A stretch of 64,000 nucleotides of DNA from a virus (taxonomy: Duplodnaviria > Heunggongvirae > Uroviricota > Caudoviricetes). Shown here piece after piece: positions 1-8,866 of this stretch; positions within the stretch are counted from its first letter, which is position 1; each line of letters starts with the position of its first letter. A model generated the notes under the pieces. That model ran no database searches, was not told the origin of the DNA, and saw only the letters and a list, made by a program, of their open reading frames with translations. The translations under genes were made by a program, and so were the position numbers. Location of the stretch: the IMG/VR virus record IMGVR_UViG_3300033069_001798, positions 1 to 64,000 of that record; one strand, given 5' to 3'.

Positions 1-1
1 T

Positions 2-235
2 GTTCTGGTCGTTCCCACGTTCAAGAGAATTTCAATGAATCCGCACGAGGCAGATCACTTCCTCAAAGTGAGGCAATCAAAGATTGCAGATGATTTCGCC
101 GTAAACTTCTGCGTTGCTGTATACGTAAACAGCTTCAAAGTTGACGGTTTGCAGTACGTGTGGATCTTGCTACCAGACGGTCGTGTTATCTCTACGTACG
201 CCGGCTCCGTTAAAGAGCTGCAGTGGGTTGAATGA
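2..235 (+). CDS. small GDLV-family protein (5' end outside window)
   Basis: The frame is open back to the window start ('…LVVPTFKRIS MNPHEADHF…'). C-terminal 'ILLPDGRVI…ELQWVE'. Confidence 0.45.
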   Translation, partial: VLVVPTFKRISMNPHEADHFLKVRQSKIADDFAVNFCVAVYVNSFKVDGLQYVWILLPDGRVISTYAGSVKELQWVE

Positions 236-459
236 ATATCGAACCTGGAGATCTTGTCTGCTCGAAGAGCAAGTTCATATCAACCTGCAATCCGATATCT
301 GGTTATTACCTGGGTCAGTGCTTGGTTGACGATGAAGTGTTGCTGTGCGTCGGTGTCTTCATTATCGAGCCTACCCAGTTTCATCGCAATCGCATCATGG
401 TGATGCGCGAAACTGGTGAGCTGGTTGTTACGTACGTCGACAACGTGTTTTTCATCTGA
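232..459 (+). CDS. small GDLV-family protein
   Basis: 'MNIEPGDLVCS'; ATGA overlap with the previous stop; C-terminal 'ETGELVVTYV'. Confidence 0.5.
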   Translation: MNIEPGDLVCSKSKFISTCNPISGYYLGQCLVDDEVLLCVGVFIIEPTQFHRNRIMVMRETGELVVTYVDNVFFI

Positions 460-471
460 TGAGGTGTCGCT

Positions 472-633
472 ATGAAAGTTGGTGACTTGGTTGTCCCACG
501 AAAAAATTATTTGCCAGAAGCGTGCATCATCATAGGGTTTGGTCAGCTCAAGTCAGGAGCGACTTGGGCTTGGGTCTTGCTGTTCAGCGGACGCGTCAAC
601 AGATACTACGTTGGTGCACTAGAGCTGCTATGA
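472..633 (+). CDS. small GDLV-family protein (53 aa)
   Basis: Translated by hand: MKVGDLVVPRKNYLPEACIIIGFGQLKSGATWAWVLLFSGRVNRYYVGALELL. GAGGTG Shine-Dalgarno 6 nt upstream. It falls below the ORF-track length cutoff. Confidence 0.5.
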   Translation: MKVGDLVVPRKNYLPEACIIIGFGQLKSGATWAWVLLFSGRVNRYYVGALELL

Positions 634-848
634 AGATCGGCGATCTGGTCTGCAGCGACTCGAGAGATCTGTACGTCCTCACGTTGAAAGCACCCTATGA
701 ATATGGTCTTCACGGCTTCGAAGTTCCCGGTTCTGGACCTTTCGTGTACGTTGGTATTAGCGGTCGTGGCAACGGAAGCTTGGTTCTTATCTTGCTTCCG
801 TCTGGTGTCTTGGTAGAAGTTCATCCATCAAGACTAAGGCCTTTGTAA
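630..848 (+). CDS. small GDLV-family protein
   Basis: 'MKIGDLVCS…ILLPSGVLVEV'; ATGA overlap. The track ORF 522-848 carries a spurious N-terminal extension. Confidence 0.55.
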   Translation: MKIGDLVCSDSRDLYVLTLKAPYEYGLHGFEVPGSGPFVYVGISGRGNGSLVLILLPSGVLVEVHPSRLRPL

Positions 849-888
849 CGCTGTGCACTGGTGCCACAAAATGGGTTACAATTGTTAG

Positions 889-1137
889 ATGGCAGTGACA
901 CTTCCGGGTGACATGGTGATTCTACAATCGCATGGAAGTACGTACGTGACGACCATTTCACTGCATGAGGACGGCGCGCGGCTCGTGTATAAAGATTTCA
1001 AGCCCACAGATGAAGAATGCCGAGCAGCTGGCACTTTTCTTGGCACGGTCACGTGGGATGATTGTAACCTCGCTGTCGTATTGTTCCGCGGTGAGATCTG
1101 GGTCTCTTTCCCGCACCAGTTCAAGGTTGTCAAGTGA
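889..1137 (+). CDS. small GDLV-family protein
   Basis: 'LPGDMVILQ…VVLFRGEIWV'. Confidence 0.5.
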   Translation: MAVTLPGDMVILQSHGSTYVTTISLHEDGARLVYKDFKPTDEECRAAGTFLGTVTWDDCNLAVVLFRGEIWVSFPHQFKVVK

Positions 1138-1301
1138 GCGATTCATTTCGTAGCGGTGACTTGGTTAACTGGGGCGCCCAGCGCGTCGTGTACATCTACT
1201 TGTGTCGTTGTGATCCGGATTCTGCACTCGCTTACGTTATAGCACCGAATGGGCGGATTGATTGGTTCTACGTCTGTGATCTGAAGCACGCGGAGCAATG
1301 A
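1134..1301 (+). CDS. small GDLV-family protein (GTG start)
   Basis: GTGA overlap; 'SFRSGDLVNW…IAPNGRIDWFYV'; 55 aa, translated by hand. Confidence 0.45.
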   Translation: MSDSFRSGDLVNWGAQRVVYIYLCRCDPDSALAYVIAPNGRIDWFYVCDLKHAEQ

Positions 1302-1471
1302 TGAAATCCGGGGATCTGGTCTATTGGATCTACGATAACCACGTAATACCAAAGAGGTCAGTGTTGATCTACGTGGGCACGGACCATGTTCACCCTAGCA
1401 TTGCCTGCGTTGTCTGCTCGTCTGGGCAAGTTGCCTGGGCGTACGCAAGCGAGCTGAGAGAGCTGCTATGA
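1301..1471 (+). CDS. small GDLV-family protein
   Basis: 'MKSGDLVYW…VCSSGQVAWAY…ELRELL'; 56 aa; ATGA overlap. Confidence 0.5.
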   Translation: MKSGDLVYWIYDNHVIPKRSVLIYVGTDHVHPSIACVVCSSGQVAWAYASELRELL

Positions 1472-1689
1472 TGCTGCCGGGAGATCTGCTTACCACGCGG
1501 CACACAACGATCATTGAAGCACCCATGATACCCATGGGATTTGAGAAATTTGCGTTCTTCAAAGTTAAACCCAACTTCATCTGCATGTGTGTAGGTTGCG
1601 AGACGATCGCCGGCGAGGATTACAAGTGGGTCCTGCTTCCGTCAGGGAAGTTGACACGCATCGTTGCAGCTGACTTGGTGCCCGCATGA
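1468..1689 (+). CDS. small GDLV-family protein
   Basis: 'MMLPGDLLTT…VLLPSGKLTRI'. Confidence 0.55.
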   Translation: MMLPGDLLTTRHTTIIEAPMIPMGFEKFAFFKVKPNFICMCVGCETIAGEDYKWVLLPSGKLTRIVAADLVPA

Positions 1690-1865
1690 AAGAATCATTC
1701 AAGACTGGTGATCTGCTGCGATTTGAAAACCGATTGTCTCAGACTCGGAGCCCCATGGTGTGTATGGGAACGCTTGACAGCCTTCACGGCGACTGCCTGG
1801 TTCGCGTCATGTTTCCCAACGGACAGATTGCAGTGTACTACGCGAGCAACTTGAGGAAGCTATGA
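1686..1865 (+). CDS. small GDLV-family protein
   Basis: 'MKESFKTGDLLRF…VMFPNGQIAVYY'; 59 aa; ATGA at both ends. Confidence 0.5.
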   Translation: MKESFKTGDLLRFENRLSQTRSPMVCMGTLDSLHGDCLVRVMFPNGQIAVYYASNLRKL

Positions 1866-2074
1866 AAACCGGTACTTTGGTGAAGATCAACAGAGACAAT
1901 GTCATCATATGCGAGCTTGATTCTGATCATCCAAAGATTCGCAACTTTGGCTCTAACGAGCGACTTGCTGTTTACTTGAACGACTATCGAGTGCATGGTG
2001 GTAATTACGCGTTGGTGATTCTTCCATCTGGTCACTTGATTTACGTGTACAACCACGACTTGAGTCTCCCGTGA
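1862..2074 (+). CDS. small GDLV-family protein
   Basis: 'MKTGTLVKI…VILPSGHLIYVY'; GAGGAA Shine-Dalgarno. Confidence 0.55.
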   Translation: MKTGTLVKINRDNVIICELDSDHPKIRNFGSNERLAVYLNDYRVHGGNYALVILPSGHLIYVYNHDLSLP

Positions 2075-2250
2075 AGAAGATTAAGATCGGCGATCTAGTT
2101 CAGGCGAAGATTGGATATCATCCTCATGACACCATCATGGTTTGCATCGGCCTTCGCGTTGGGGCTTGGGGTGATCTGATCGTTCGAGTGATGCTGCCAA
2201 ACGGCGGGGTGCTAACATACTACGCCTATGATATCATGGTGCTAGCATGA
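2071..2250 (+). CDS. small GDLV-family protein (GTG start)
   Basis: '(M)KKIKIGDLVQA…VMLPNGGVLTYY'; GTGA overlap. Confidence 0.45.
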   Translation: MKKIKIGDLVQAKIGYHPHDTIMVCIGLRVGAWGDLIVRVMLPNGGVLTYYAYDIMVLA

Positions 2251-2414
2251 ATGATGTTTCCTTTGACGTCGGCGATCTGCTTATTTTTCTCGGCGATGCA
2301 GAGTCCTGGAAGGACCAAGCTGGTTCGCGATGGTACGGAATCGTCCTGCGGGCTAGAGACACAAAAGTGCTAGTGTTCCCTGATTACTGCTTTGAACCAT
2401 GTCACCCCAACTGA
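2247..2414 (+). CDS. small GDLV-family protein
   Basis: 'MNDVSFDVGDLLIF…VLVFPDY'; 55 aa. Confidence 0.45.
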   Translation: MNDVSFDVGDLLIFLGDAESWKDQAGSRWYGIVLRARDTKVLVFPDYCFEPCHPN

Positions 2415-2635
2415 TACAACATCGCTGGACGCAGATCGGTTACCTCGTGGAATTTGAGCACGCTTACGAGATTCCAGCTCGCGACGTGTTCTGGCTTCCT
2501 GGTGATGTTGTCAGACCGGCGTGGGATGACTACGATCGCAAACTAAACGATTTTGCTCCGGAGCCAGCTGGCATCGTTATCAACTATGATCGAACGACAA
2601 AAGACATGCTGATCCTGTGGAGCGATGCACCGTGA
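2399..2635 (+). CDS. small family-related protein (divergent)
   Basis: Occupies an array slot. Internal 'WLPGDVV'. Overlaps the previous gene by 16 nt. Confidence 0.4.
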   Translation: MSPQLIQHRWTQIGYLVEFEHAYEIPARDVFWLPGDVVRPAWDDYDRKLNDFAPEPAGIVINYDRTTKDMLILWSDAP

Positions 2636-2862
2636 AGAGCGTGAAAAAGCTGAAGATAGGATCATTGTTGATCCCAACCTCTTCATTTCATTGGTTGTAC
2701 TCAACAAATCCGATTCACTCGCAGGTGATCACAGCTCACGGTCGACCACTGTACGTGTACCTCGGAAACATGGTTGACCGTGATGATGCTCCGGCTCTGT
2801 ACATTCTTACGCCAGATTGTGAAATCTACTTGACCGATGCTGAGAACGTTGAAGAGCTATGA
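2632..2862 (+). CDS. small GDLV-family protein (GTG start; alternative ATG at 2617)
   Basis: 'KIGSLLIP…YILTPDCEIYL…ENVEEL'; GTGA overlap. Confidence 0.45.
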   Translation: MKSVKKLKIGSLLIPTSSFHWLYSTNPIHSQVITAHGRPLYVYLGNMVDRDDAPALYILTPDCEIYLTDAENVEEL

Positions 2863-3107
2863 AATCAGGTGACCTTGTCGCATCGCGGTTCGCAGCAACA
2901 ACGTGCTTCGAAGTGCACCCTGAATTCGGTCTGCTGATCAGAACGATAGCTAGCGATGAAATTTGCACGTTCATCTGCAAGCTCTCCCGTGATGACCAAA
3001 GAAGGGTGCATCCATCGTTGGGCACGTACACCGCTGCGACGATGATGATCATGCGTGCTGATTGCAGCCTCGTGTACGTCGACAAAAGGATGCTATCAAA
3101 GCTATGA
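2859..3107 (+). CDS. small GDLV-family protein
   Basis: 'MKSGDLVAS…SLVYVD'. Confidence 0.5.
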   Translation: MKSGDLVASRFAATTCFEVHPEFGLLIRTIASDEICTFICKLSRDDQRRVHPSLGTYTAATMMIMRADCSLVYVDKRMLSKL

Positions 3108-3352
3108 TCGATCTAGATGATCTACTTCTTGGAACGTTGCTTCGACCGAAAGCTGACGCTTCTGGATCTCGTCACTGGATTTATAAGTGGAACGTTTCTA
3201 AGACGTACGAAGCGTTTTATGAAGCACCAGGACCGGTGTATGCGTACATGGGCATGATTCCCGTTGAGGGTGAAACAACTGCTTATGCTTTGAGCTCTAA
3301 GGACGGTGCTTTGTACGAAATATGCACGAGAGAATTTGAGGTCATCCCGTGA
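3104..3352 (+). CDS. small family protein
   Basis: Internal ATG forms an ATGA overlap. 'LLLGTLLRP…SSKDGALYEI…EFEVIP'. Confidence 0.45.
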   Translation: MIDLDDLLLGTLLRPKADASGSRHWIYKWNVSKTYEAFYEAPGPVYAYMGMIPVEGETTAYALSSKDGALYEICTREFEVIP

Positions 3353-3594
3353 AGTCAGGCGATCTTGTGATACCAGGGCACGAAGCGATATACTGCTTCG
3401 CTGACAGAGAGCCGGCTGGTTACACGACGATCTTGTGGAAAGAAATTCTTATTTACGTCAGCGATCTTACACAAGATGACTGCGATTACGAGTACTTCTC
3501 GCGGTGGACGAAGTCACCAGAAAACATTGCACGCGTCATCAGAGAGTCTGGGAGGATTGTCTACATCGACAGAAGGGACGTTGTGACCCTATGA
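3349..3594 (+). CDS. small GDLV-family protein (GTG start)
   Basis: '(M)KSGDLVIP…VIRESGRIVYI…DVVTL'; GAGGT Shine-Dalgarno. Confidence 0.5.
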   Translation: MKSGDLVIPGHEAIYCFADREPAGYTTILWKEILIYVSDLTQDDCDYEYFSRWTKSPENIARVIRESGRIVYIDRRDVVTL

Positions 3595-3866
3595 AAGTGC
3601 GCGCGCCCACAGATTGCCATGGCACTAAAATCAGCTGCGGATCGATCGTAGTACCGTCTGACGCTGCAGTCAACATGCCGCCGTTGACACGGCACCTTAA
3701 GGGCTCTTGGGTCACATCATTCCGCTATGGAATACCAAACACCAAGAAAGAATTTCTTCTTTGCATTGGGCATGAAGCGTACATCGAAGGAGGCTCTGTG
3801 CTTCACCTCTTTTCACCAACGATAGGATTGATCAACTTGTACGCGCATGAGGTGGCGCTGTGTTGA
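3591..3866 (+). CDS. small family protein (divergent)
   Basis: ATGA overlap; 'CGSIVVPS…HLFSPTIGLINLY'. Confidence 0.4.
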   Translation: MKVRAPTDCHGTKISCGSIVVPSDAAVNMPPLTRHLKGSWVTSFRYGIPNTKKEFLLCIGHEAYIEGGSVLHLFSPTIGLINLYAHEVALC

Positions 3867-4123
3867 CGGGCGACTTGCTGCAGCCGACAGATTACGTCAT
3901 ACCCTGCTTCTTTGGTGCTGGCGCTAATTGGAAGTTGCACCCAGAACAAGGCGTCATCCTAAACAGTCAGCTGCTAGTGTTCATCTGCAACGTTGGTGAC
4001 AAAGAAGAAGAGTTGATGCACTATTGGTTCAACAAGTCTTCGAAGTACATCCGAGTCATGAAATCGTCTGGTGAACTGTGCACCGTCGACGCAAGGAACG
4101 TAGCGAAACTTTTACACCTATGA
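3860..4123 (+). CDS. small GDLV-family protein (GTG start)
   Basis: '(M)LTGDLLQP…VMKSSGELCTV'. Confidence 0.5.
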   Translation: MLTGDLLQPTDYVIPCFFGAGANWKLHPEQGVILNSQLLVFICNVGDKEEELMHYWFNKSSKYIRVMKSSGELCTVDARNVAKLLHL

Positions 4124-4135
4124 AGTAGGCCTACT

Positions 4136-4402
4136 GTGATAAAACCTGGAACGTTGCTCAAGGCTAGCAAGAGATGCTGGACGCTGTACTACGGCGAACG
4201 AGGCACGCCGCAGTGGGCATCCTACGACCATGATATTGAGAAGGGTGAATACCTCATCTTCATCTCAGAGATTCCCATATCGCCGGAGTTGGCGCCGTTG
4301 ATCGGCCTCAAGAGCACGTACCTGCTGCTCCGGGCTCGAGGGTGCTCTCTAGTTTATTTGGGGGTATTGAGATGGAAACCATCGGATGATTTGTGCGATT
4401 AA
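4136..4402 (+). CDS. small GDLV-family protein (GTG start)
   Basis: '(M)IKPGTLLKA…SLVYLG'. Confidence 0.45.
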   Translation: MIKPGTLLKASKRCWTLYYGERGTPQWASYDHDIEKGEYLIFISEIPISPELAPLIGLKSTYLLLRARGCSLVYLGVLRWKPSDDLCD

Positions 4403-4462
4403 ATCGTGAGGCCCACGAGCGCTGTGCACAGCTCGGGCCCAGAGTGGTAAGATGTTAAGAGG

Positions 4463-4702
4463 ATGCGTCATCTTCCTGGCATGCTTGTTAAACCGCACAG
4501 CGAAGCTCGTGGCCTTAAATTGCTGGATGATTGTTGGTGTCGTCAGTGGAACGATTCATCTATGCTGGTGGATGAATCTGAGTTTCTAGCCGTCGTTTCC
4601 TCGTACGACATGAGTCGTCGAAACATCGTGATGTGCCTGAGGCGCGACATGTCGCTCGTCTTCCTTGACGATTGGGACGTTAACGAGGTGACTTGTGGTT
4701 AA
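4463..4702 (+). CDS. small GDLV-family protein
   Basis: 'MRHLPGMLVKP…SLVFLD'. Confidence 0.5.
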   Translation: MRHLPGMLVKPHSEARGLKLLDDCWCRQWNDSSMLVDESEFLAVVSSYDMSRRNIVMCLRRDMSLVFLDDWDVNEVTCG

Positions 4703-4943
4703 CGCTTCATGCATCGGCGCGCTCGTGACAATCATCAACACTGCGCATGATTATCCATTTCTTAAGCGAGCAGGATTTGGGGGACTTGATGGTCCTCGAG
4801 CACGGGTCAGAGACGTATTCATGATCATTGGATACGAACAAGTGACAATTTCTGACGGTGGAAAGCGTGGACGTTGTTGGTTGCTGAGAACCAGAGATCA
4901 GCACGTCGGTGAATTGTGGATCGATGAGGTCGTTGCGCTATGA
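4695..4943 (+). CDS. small family protein
   Basis: Occupies an array slot; 'WLLRTRDQHVGELWI…VVAL'. Confidence 0.4.
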   Translation: MVNASCIGALVTIINTAHDYPFLKRAGFGGLDGPRARVRDVFMIIGYEQVTISDGGKRGRCWLLRTRDQHVGELWIDEVVAL

Positions 4944-5155
4944 GCAATTTCGCGCCTGGTGATATCGTCAGGTTGAAGAGGAGCATGGACGGTGCCTCGT
5001 TCCTCGTCGTTGAAAATGGCGCCGTGCTGCCTTCGTGGAGCTCACGAGTGACGTCGCTCAAAGACATCTACTTTGTCATCGGTGTGAAGGAGATGAATTT
5101 GGCACAAAGCACATCGTGTATGTCATGTGCTCTGGTGATGCGCACGTGGGCATGA
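4940..5155 (+). CDS. small GDLV-family protein
   Basis: 'MSNFAPGDIVRL'; ATGA overlap. Confidence 0.5.
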   Translation: MSNFAPGDIVRLKRSMDGASFLVVENGAVLPSWSSRVTSLKDIYFVIGVKEMNLAQSTSCMSCALVMRTWA

Positions 5156-5180
5156 TGTGGGAAGGCGAGCTTCAAGGGGC

Positions 5181-5444
5181 ATGAAAACGGGTGACCTGCT
5201 GCGACCAAAGGCTTCCATGATCGGACAAAACTACTTGACGCTGTCGGGCGACGGGCTTGAAGTGTCTAACGATCGCAAGATCCAAGGATCAGATCGATTC
5301 TTGCTGATTGGTTACGCACCAGAAACGGCGGACTACAACAGGATTATCTGCGTCATGATAGTTGACACTGGAAACCTTGGCCTCTTGTTCGACGCCGACG
5401 TCGATGCATGGGTGTTAGCATGTTCAACACTGGATCCTTGTTGA
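5181..5444 (+). CDS. small GDLV-family protein
   Basis: 'MKTGDLLRP…VMIVDTGNLGLLF'; AAGGGG Shine-Dalgarno. The track start at 5157 is a GTG extension. Confidence 0.5.
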   Translation: MKTGDLLRPKASMIGQNYLTLSGDGLEVSNDRKIQGSDRFLLIGYAPETADYNRIICVMIVDTGNLGLLFDADVDAWVLACSTLDPC

Positions 5445-5647
5445 AGCCAAAATCTACTGCGGGAGCTCATCACTACTTGACCCATCGCTCTGTCCGGACA
5501 ACCAGGCGCGTTAGAGCTCGAGATCGCTACGTGCTCTTGGGTTACGTAACAGTTGGGAAGTCTTCTGATCCGATCTACTTGTGCGCTCTGCTGCACGTTT
5601 CGGGAGCAGTGCTCTACATCAATGTGGAGAAAGTTGAGCTGGCATGA
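5420..5647 (+). CDS. small GDLV-family protein
   Basis: 'MFNTGSLLKP…ALLHVSGAVLYI…KVELA'. Confidence 0.45.
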   Translation: MFNTGSLLKPKSTAGAHHYLTHRSVRTTRRVRARDRYVLLGYVTVGKSSDPIYLCALLHVSGAVLYINVEKVELA

Positions 5648-5916
5648 AGATTGGATCTTACGTCCGAGCAGTCGAAGACTCTTGGGGTTACGCTTACATG
5701 AAACCTGACGAGAGATATCCCGGTGACTGGCGAGGAAATCACAAGATGGTAACAGTATCTAGCAACCATCGTTACTTGATCGTAGGAGCTCTAGAATCTG
5801 GTCTTGTTGATGACAACAAGGTGTACGTGCTGTTGATGATCCCCCAGTGCATCATCACTTACCTTACTTCAAAAGAAGTCGTAGAAGTGTTATGTTCAGG
5901 ATTGGTGATCTGGTGA
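5644..5916 (+). CDS. small family protein
   Basis: 'MKIGSYVRA'; ATGA overlap. Confidence 0.45.
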   Translation: MKIGSYVRAVEDSWGYAYMKPDERYPGDWRGNHKMVTVSSNHRYLIVGALESGLVDDNKVYVLLMIPQCIITYLTSKEVVEVLCSGLVIW

Positions 5917-6134
5917 CGCCAAGAAGAGATGCTCTAGGCAGAGCGTTTATCAATCCCGATGGATCTACAGCAACCCCCGAAAACTGGGATTACACTAAGC
6001 GCGGAGACTTGTACGTTTACATCGGGCAGATGACGATCGTTCACGGTGGAATGTACAAGAATATTTCCACATTGTGGAGCATCGAAGATCTTAAAATTGT
6101 TCACCTGTACGAGAACGAGCTCCAGCATGTTTAA
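5892..6134 (+). CDS. small GDLV-family protein
   Basis: 'MFRIGDLVTP…LYENELQHV'. Confidence 0.5.
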   Translation: MFRIGDLVTPRRDALGRAFINPDGSTATPENWDYTKRGDLYVYIGQMTIVHGGMYKNISTLWSIEDLKIVHLYENELQHV

Positions 6135-6369
6135 CATTGGCGATCTTGTGAAGCTAGCACCGACGCTTAGCAAGCGTTACTACATCTTGGAGTCGTCATT
6201 GGGCGCCAAGCACGCGATCTACGATTCAAAGTCAAGCCCCGCTGAGCACGATGAAATGTACGTAGTAGTTGGCTTTAAGATTAGTTACGATTGGAACGCT
6301 TGCGCTCTCATGCGCGTAAACGATGGTAAAGTTGTCTGGCTGCACAAAAGCGAGGTGACGCATGTATGA
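6127..6369 (+). CDS. small GDLV-family protein
   Basis: 'MFNIGDLVKL…MRVNDGKVVWL'. Confidence 0.5.
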   Translation: MFNIGDLVKLAPTLSKRYYILESSLGAKHAIYDSKSSPAEHDEMYVVVGFKISYDWNACALMRVNDGKVVWLHKSEVTHV

Positions 6370-6592
6370 TAGTGGTGACATTTGCATACCCACCAAAACA
6401 GGGCTTGGGAATGTTAACTACTTGTCTGCTCGCAACGTAGTAACCGGTCGAAAAGCTGCCTACAGTGATATTCTTCTGTTCGTTTGTTGGCATCCTGAAG
6501 GTTCTTCCTACAGTGATCGACGCATAGCAAAGTTCATTCTCCCAGATGGATCAATCGTGATGCTTTATGATGGAGAGTTTCATAAGATATGA
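6362..6592 (+). CDS. small GDLV-family protein
   Basis: 'MYDSGDICIP…FILPDGSIVMLYDGEFHKI'. Confidence 0.55.
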   Translation: MYDSGDICIPTKTGLGNVNYLSARNVVTGRKAAYSDILLFVCWHPEGSSYSDRRIAKFILPDGSIVMLYDGEFHKI

Positions 6593-6822
6593 GCATAAAA
6601 GTTGGTGATCTATGCTCTCCGATTGGAAACGGTGCAGTAAGCTACATCGATCCGGTTGGAAATTTTCCAACTAATGTTTGGGCGCAAAAGAACGACGTGC
6701 TGTTGTTCATCGGCTGGGTTAACATTGTCACCCTCTCTACGCAAAGTACGTCGATGGCTGTATTTGTGCTGCCTGATGGAACGATAGCATCGCTGTACAA
6801 CAGAGAATTTAAGTTGCTATGA
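6589..6822 (+). CDS. small GDLV-family protein
   Basis: 'MSIKVGDLCSP…FVLPDGTIASLYNREFKLL'. Clear paralog of the 6362 gene. Confidence 0.6.
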   Translation: MSIKVGDLCSPIGNGAVSYIDPVGNFPTNVWAQKNDVLLFIGWVNIVTLSTQSTSMAVFVLPDGTIASLYNREFKLL

Positions 6823-7115
6823 CGATCAAAGTCGGTGATCTGTGCACCCCCTCGGGAGACGTCATCCAGTTCAGGTACATGAACATCACGCCTCGCGAAA
6901 ACGGAACGAACGTTTGGACTGTCAACATGAATCTTCCGCGGGTTAACCCAAACGTCACGTTCTTGTGCATCGGATTCTTGCAGGCGGCGGCGCGCTTCCA
7001 GCAGTCGCGGAGGATTGACGTTTCAACTATGGAGATGTCCACAATTGCTATTTTGCTGCACGCACAGCTCAAAACTGTCACATTTCTCCTTGCTGAAGAG
7101 ATCGAGGCGCTGTGA
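6819..7115 (+). CDS. small GDLV-family protein
   Basis: 'MTIKVGDLCTP'; 98 aa; ATGA overlap. Confidence 0.5.
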   Translation: MTIKVGDLCTPSGDVIQFRYMNITPRENGTNVWTVNMNLPRVNPNVTFLCIGFLQAAARFQQSRRIDVSTMEMSTIAILLHAQLKTVTFLLAEEIEAL

Positions 7116-7336
7116 CGGATGGCATCCGAGCCGGTGCTCTTTGCTCACCAACACCAGAGCTTGAAGGTGAAATTTACTGCAACGCTCATTTTGCTATGCA
7201 CAAGCGCATCGCCATATTCCGTCATCACAAGCTAGTGTTCTTGTACAGCGCTGATCGAGAATACCCAAGGCTGTGCTACTTCATCTTGGGTGATCAGATC
7301 GTTGGACTGATCGAGGGTGAGTTCAAAGAACTATGA
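7112..7336 (+). CDS. small GDLV-family protein (GTG start)
   Basis: 'IRAGALCSP…LIEGEFKEL'. Confidence 0.5.
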   Translation: MTDGIRAGALCSPTPELEGEIYCNAHFAMHKRIAIFRHHKLVFLYSADREYPRLCYFILGDQIVGLIEGEFKEL

Positions 7337-7587
7337 TGAACCATTCAAGCGTCAAAATTCTGTCTGGTGATCTCTGCCGCCCAACGAGAGCATGTGCCAA
7401 CAGCAATTTGCAGTACATCAACTTTGCTAGCGCAACGGCATCTGAACGTGTTGTCAAGAGAGATGACGTTCTTGTGTTCATCTGCTGGACAGCATGGCGC
7501 GTGAACGAGCCAGCAAATTACGCTCAGTTCATCACCTCCGACGGAGAAATACTGTCGCTGAGAGCTGGGGAGTTCGAGGTTGTATGA
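7333..7587 (+). CDS. small GDLV-family protein
   Basis: 'LSGDLCRP…FITSDGEILSLRAGEFEVV'. Confidence 0.55.
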   Translation: MMNHSSVKILSGDLCRPTRACANSNLQYINFASATASERVVKRDDVLVFICWTAWRVNEPANYAQFITSDGEILSLRAGEFEVV

Positions 7588-7838
7588 AGACATTTCGGGC
7601 AGGCGATCTTGTTGTCACTGACTTCGCACCGGGCAGTGCCATGTACGTTGTAGTCGATGAAGGATATGGTTACAATCACTTCACAGCGAGTGGAGATGAA
7701 ATTTCAAGTTCTGACGTATCATCTGGTTACGTGTTCTTGGGTTATCATCCTGACAATCTCAGCGTTGTAATGCTGCTCAACAACAGCGACGGAAGGATCG
7801 TTCAACTTTACGATGACGAGATTGAGCAGCTAAGATGA
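7584..7838 (+). CDS. small GDLV-family protein
   Basis: 'MKTFRAGDLVVT…NNSDGRIVQLYDDEIEQL'. Internal ATG of track ORF 7494-7838. Confidence 0.5.
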   Translation: MKTFRAGDLVVTDFAPGSAMYVVVDEGYGYNHFTASGDEISSSDVSSGYVFLGYHPDNLSVVMLLNNSDGRIVQLYDDEIEQLR

Positions 7839-8080
7839 AACCCGTTGTTAAGCCGGGAGCCATTGTTAAGCCCGTTGACGACATCTTCTTTTTTGATGAC
7901 ATAGAGGCACAGGTAGTAGGACGTGAGCTCACGAACCGCGCTGGTTTGTGCGCTGTCGTATATTCACCGAACTGCAATCATGAAGGATGGTGTCCGGAAC
8001 TTCACGTGCTGGGCTTGCTCACTGCTGACGGGCGAATCAAGTTCGTATTTTCATCTCAGGTAAAGATCATTGTTGACTAA
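7835..8080 (+). CDS. small GDLV-family protein
   Basis: 'VKPGAIVKP…GLLTADGRIKFVF'. Confidence 0.5.
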   Translation: MKPVVKPGAIVKPVDDIFFFDDIEAQVVGRELTNRAGLCAVVYSPNCNHEGWCPELHVLGLLTADGRIKFVFSSQVKIIVD

Positions 8081-8087
8081 AGGAACC

Positions 8088-8294
8088 ATGGGTAAAAATC
8101 GATTCAAGACTGGTGATCTTGTCGACATGCAGCATTACCTAAAAGTGTTCAGCAAGGAAGAATACGCCGGTGTGTTCATAGTGGTTGGTTTCTTGGCTGA
8201 CACGCACGTTAAATTGATGATGAGTCATGGTCGAATCATGATGAGCCATGTAGACTACGTAACCCTAGTGCAAAGCGCTGGAGCGGTGGTGTAA
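8088..8294 (+). CDS. small GDLV-family protein
   Basis: 'MGKNRFKTGDLVDM'; AAAGGAA Shine-Dalgarno. Confidence 0.5.
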   Translation: MGKNRFKTGDLVDMQHYLKVFSKEEYAGVFIVVGFLADTHVKLMMSHGRIMMSHVDYVTLVQSAGAVV

Positions 8295-8324
8295 GATGAC
8301 TAAAAACTGTCAGCTGGTGTTACG

Positions 8325-8642
8325 TTGCACATTGAACCTAAAGATGAAGGTATTTGGACTTTTAAGTGGCATGAAGCAAGTCAACAAATGTATTATCTTG
8401 ATGGCATTAAGCGCGGTACACATGTCGTTGTGGGATCAAGCATGATAGAGCCTTGCACGGGTGATATCTTCTGGCCGCTGCTTTCACCATTGGGAAATAT
8501 AATTTGGGTTAAGGCCGACCATTGCCTCGTGGTGCATGTTCAGCGACGGAAGCGATCAGAGCGGGCGATCGCGATCATCGGTCTTCTCACTACGCACGGT
8601 ATAATGTACTTGTATTCCGATCAGATGACGGTCATCGTATGA
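8325..8642 (+). CDS. small family protein (longer, divergent; TTG start per track)
   Basis: 'LLSPLGNIIWV' plus a second C-terminal-like half. Start uncertain. Confidence 0.35.
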   Translation: MHIEPKDEGIWTFKWHEASQQMYYLDGIKRGTHVVVGSSMIEPCTGDIFWPLLSPLGNIIWVKADHCLVVHVQRRKRSERAIAIIGLLTTHGIMYLYSDQMTVIV

Positions 8643-8866
8643 ACGTAGGAGATCTTGTGTGCATGTCACAACATGCTTGGGTCTATGACTTTAATGCCAT
8701 AGAAAATCAGATGAAACTACGGTTTAACGACCCAGCTAGCGGCGTTCACATCGTTGTAGGAACTGCAACGTCGCTGAATCGGGCAAGAATTAAATTCTTG
8801 CCCGTGATGTCGCCAATTGGTGAAATTTACTGGGTCATGACTGCAGATGTTCAGAAAGTAAGCTGA
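8639..8866 (+). CDS. small GDLV-family protein
   Basis: 'MNVGDLVCM…VMSPIGEIYWV'; ATGA overlap. Confidence 0.5.
   Translation: MNVGDLVCMSQHAWVYDFNAIENQMKLRFNDPASGVHIVVGTATSLNRARIKFLPVMSPIGEIYWVMTADVQKVS

Noticed and set aside
522-848. 108-aa track ORF with an N-terminal extension upstream of 'MKIGDLV'
   Set aside because: The extension overlaps the hand-translated 53-aa family gene (472-633) in another frame. The ATGA junction at 630 and family conservation place the real start at 630.
4403-4462. Possible tRNA or small RNA in the only ~60-nt gap of the array
   Set aside because: No cloverleaf features such as GTTC or a T-loop. It contains only a GC-rich imperfect hairpin (ggccc..gagc/gctcgggcc), more likely a terminator or attenuator.
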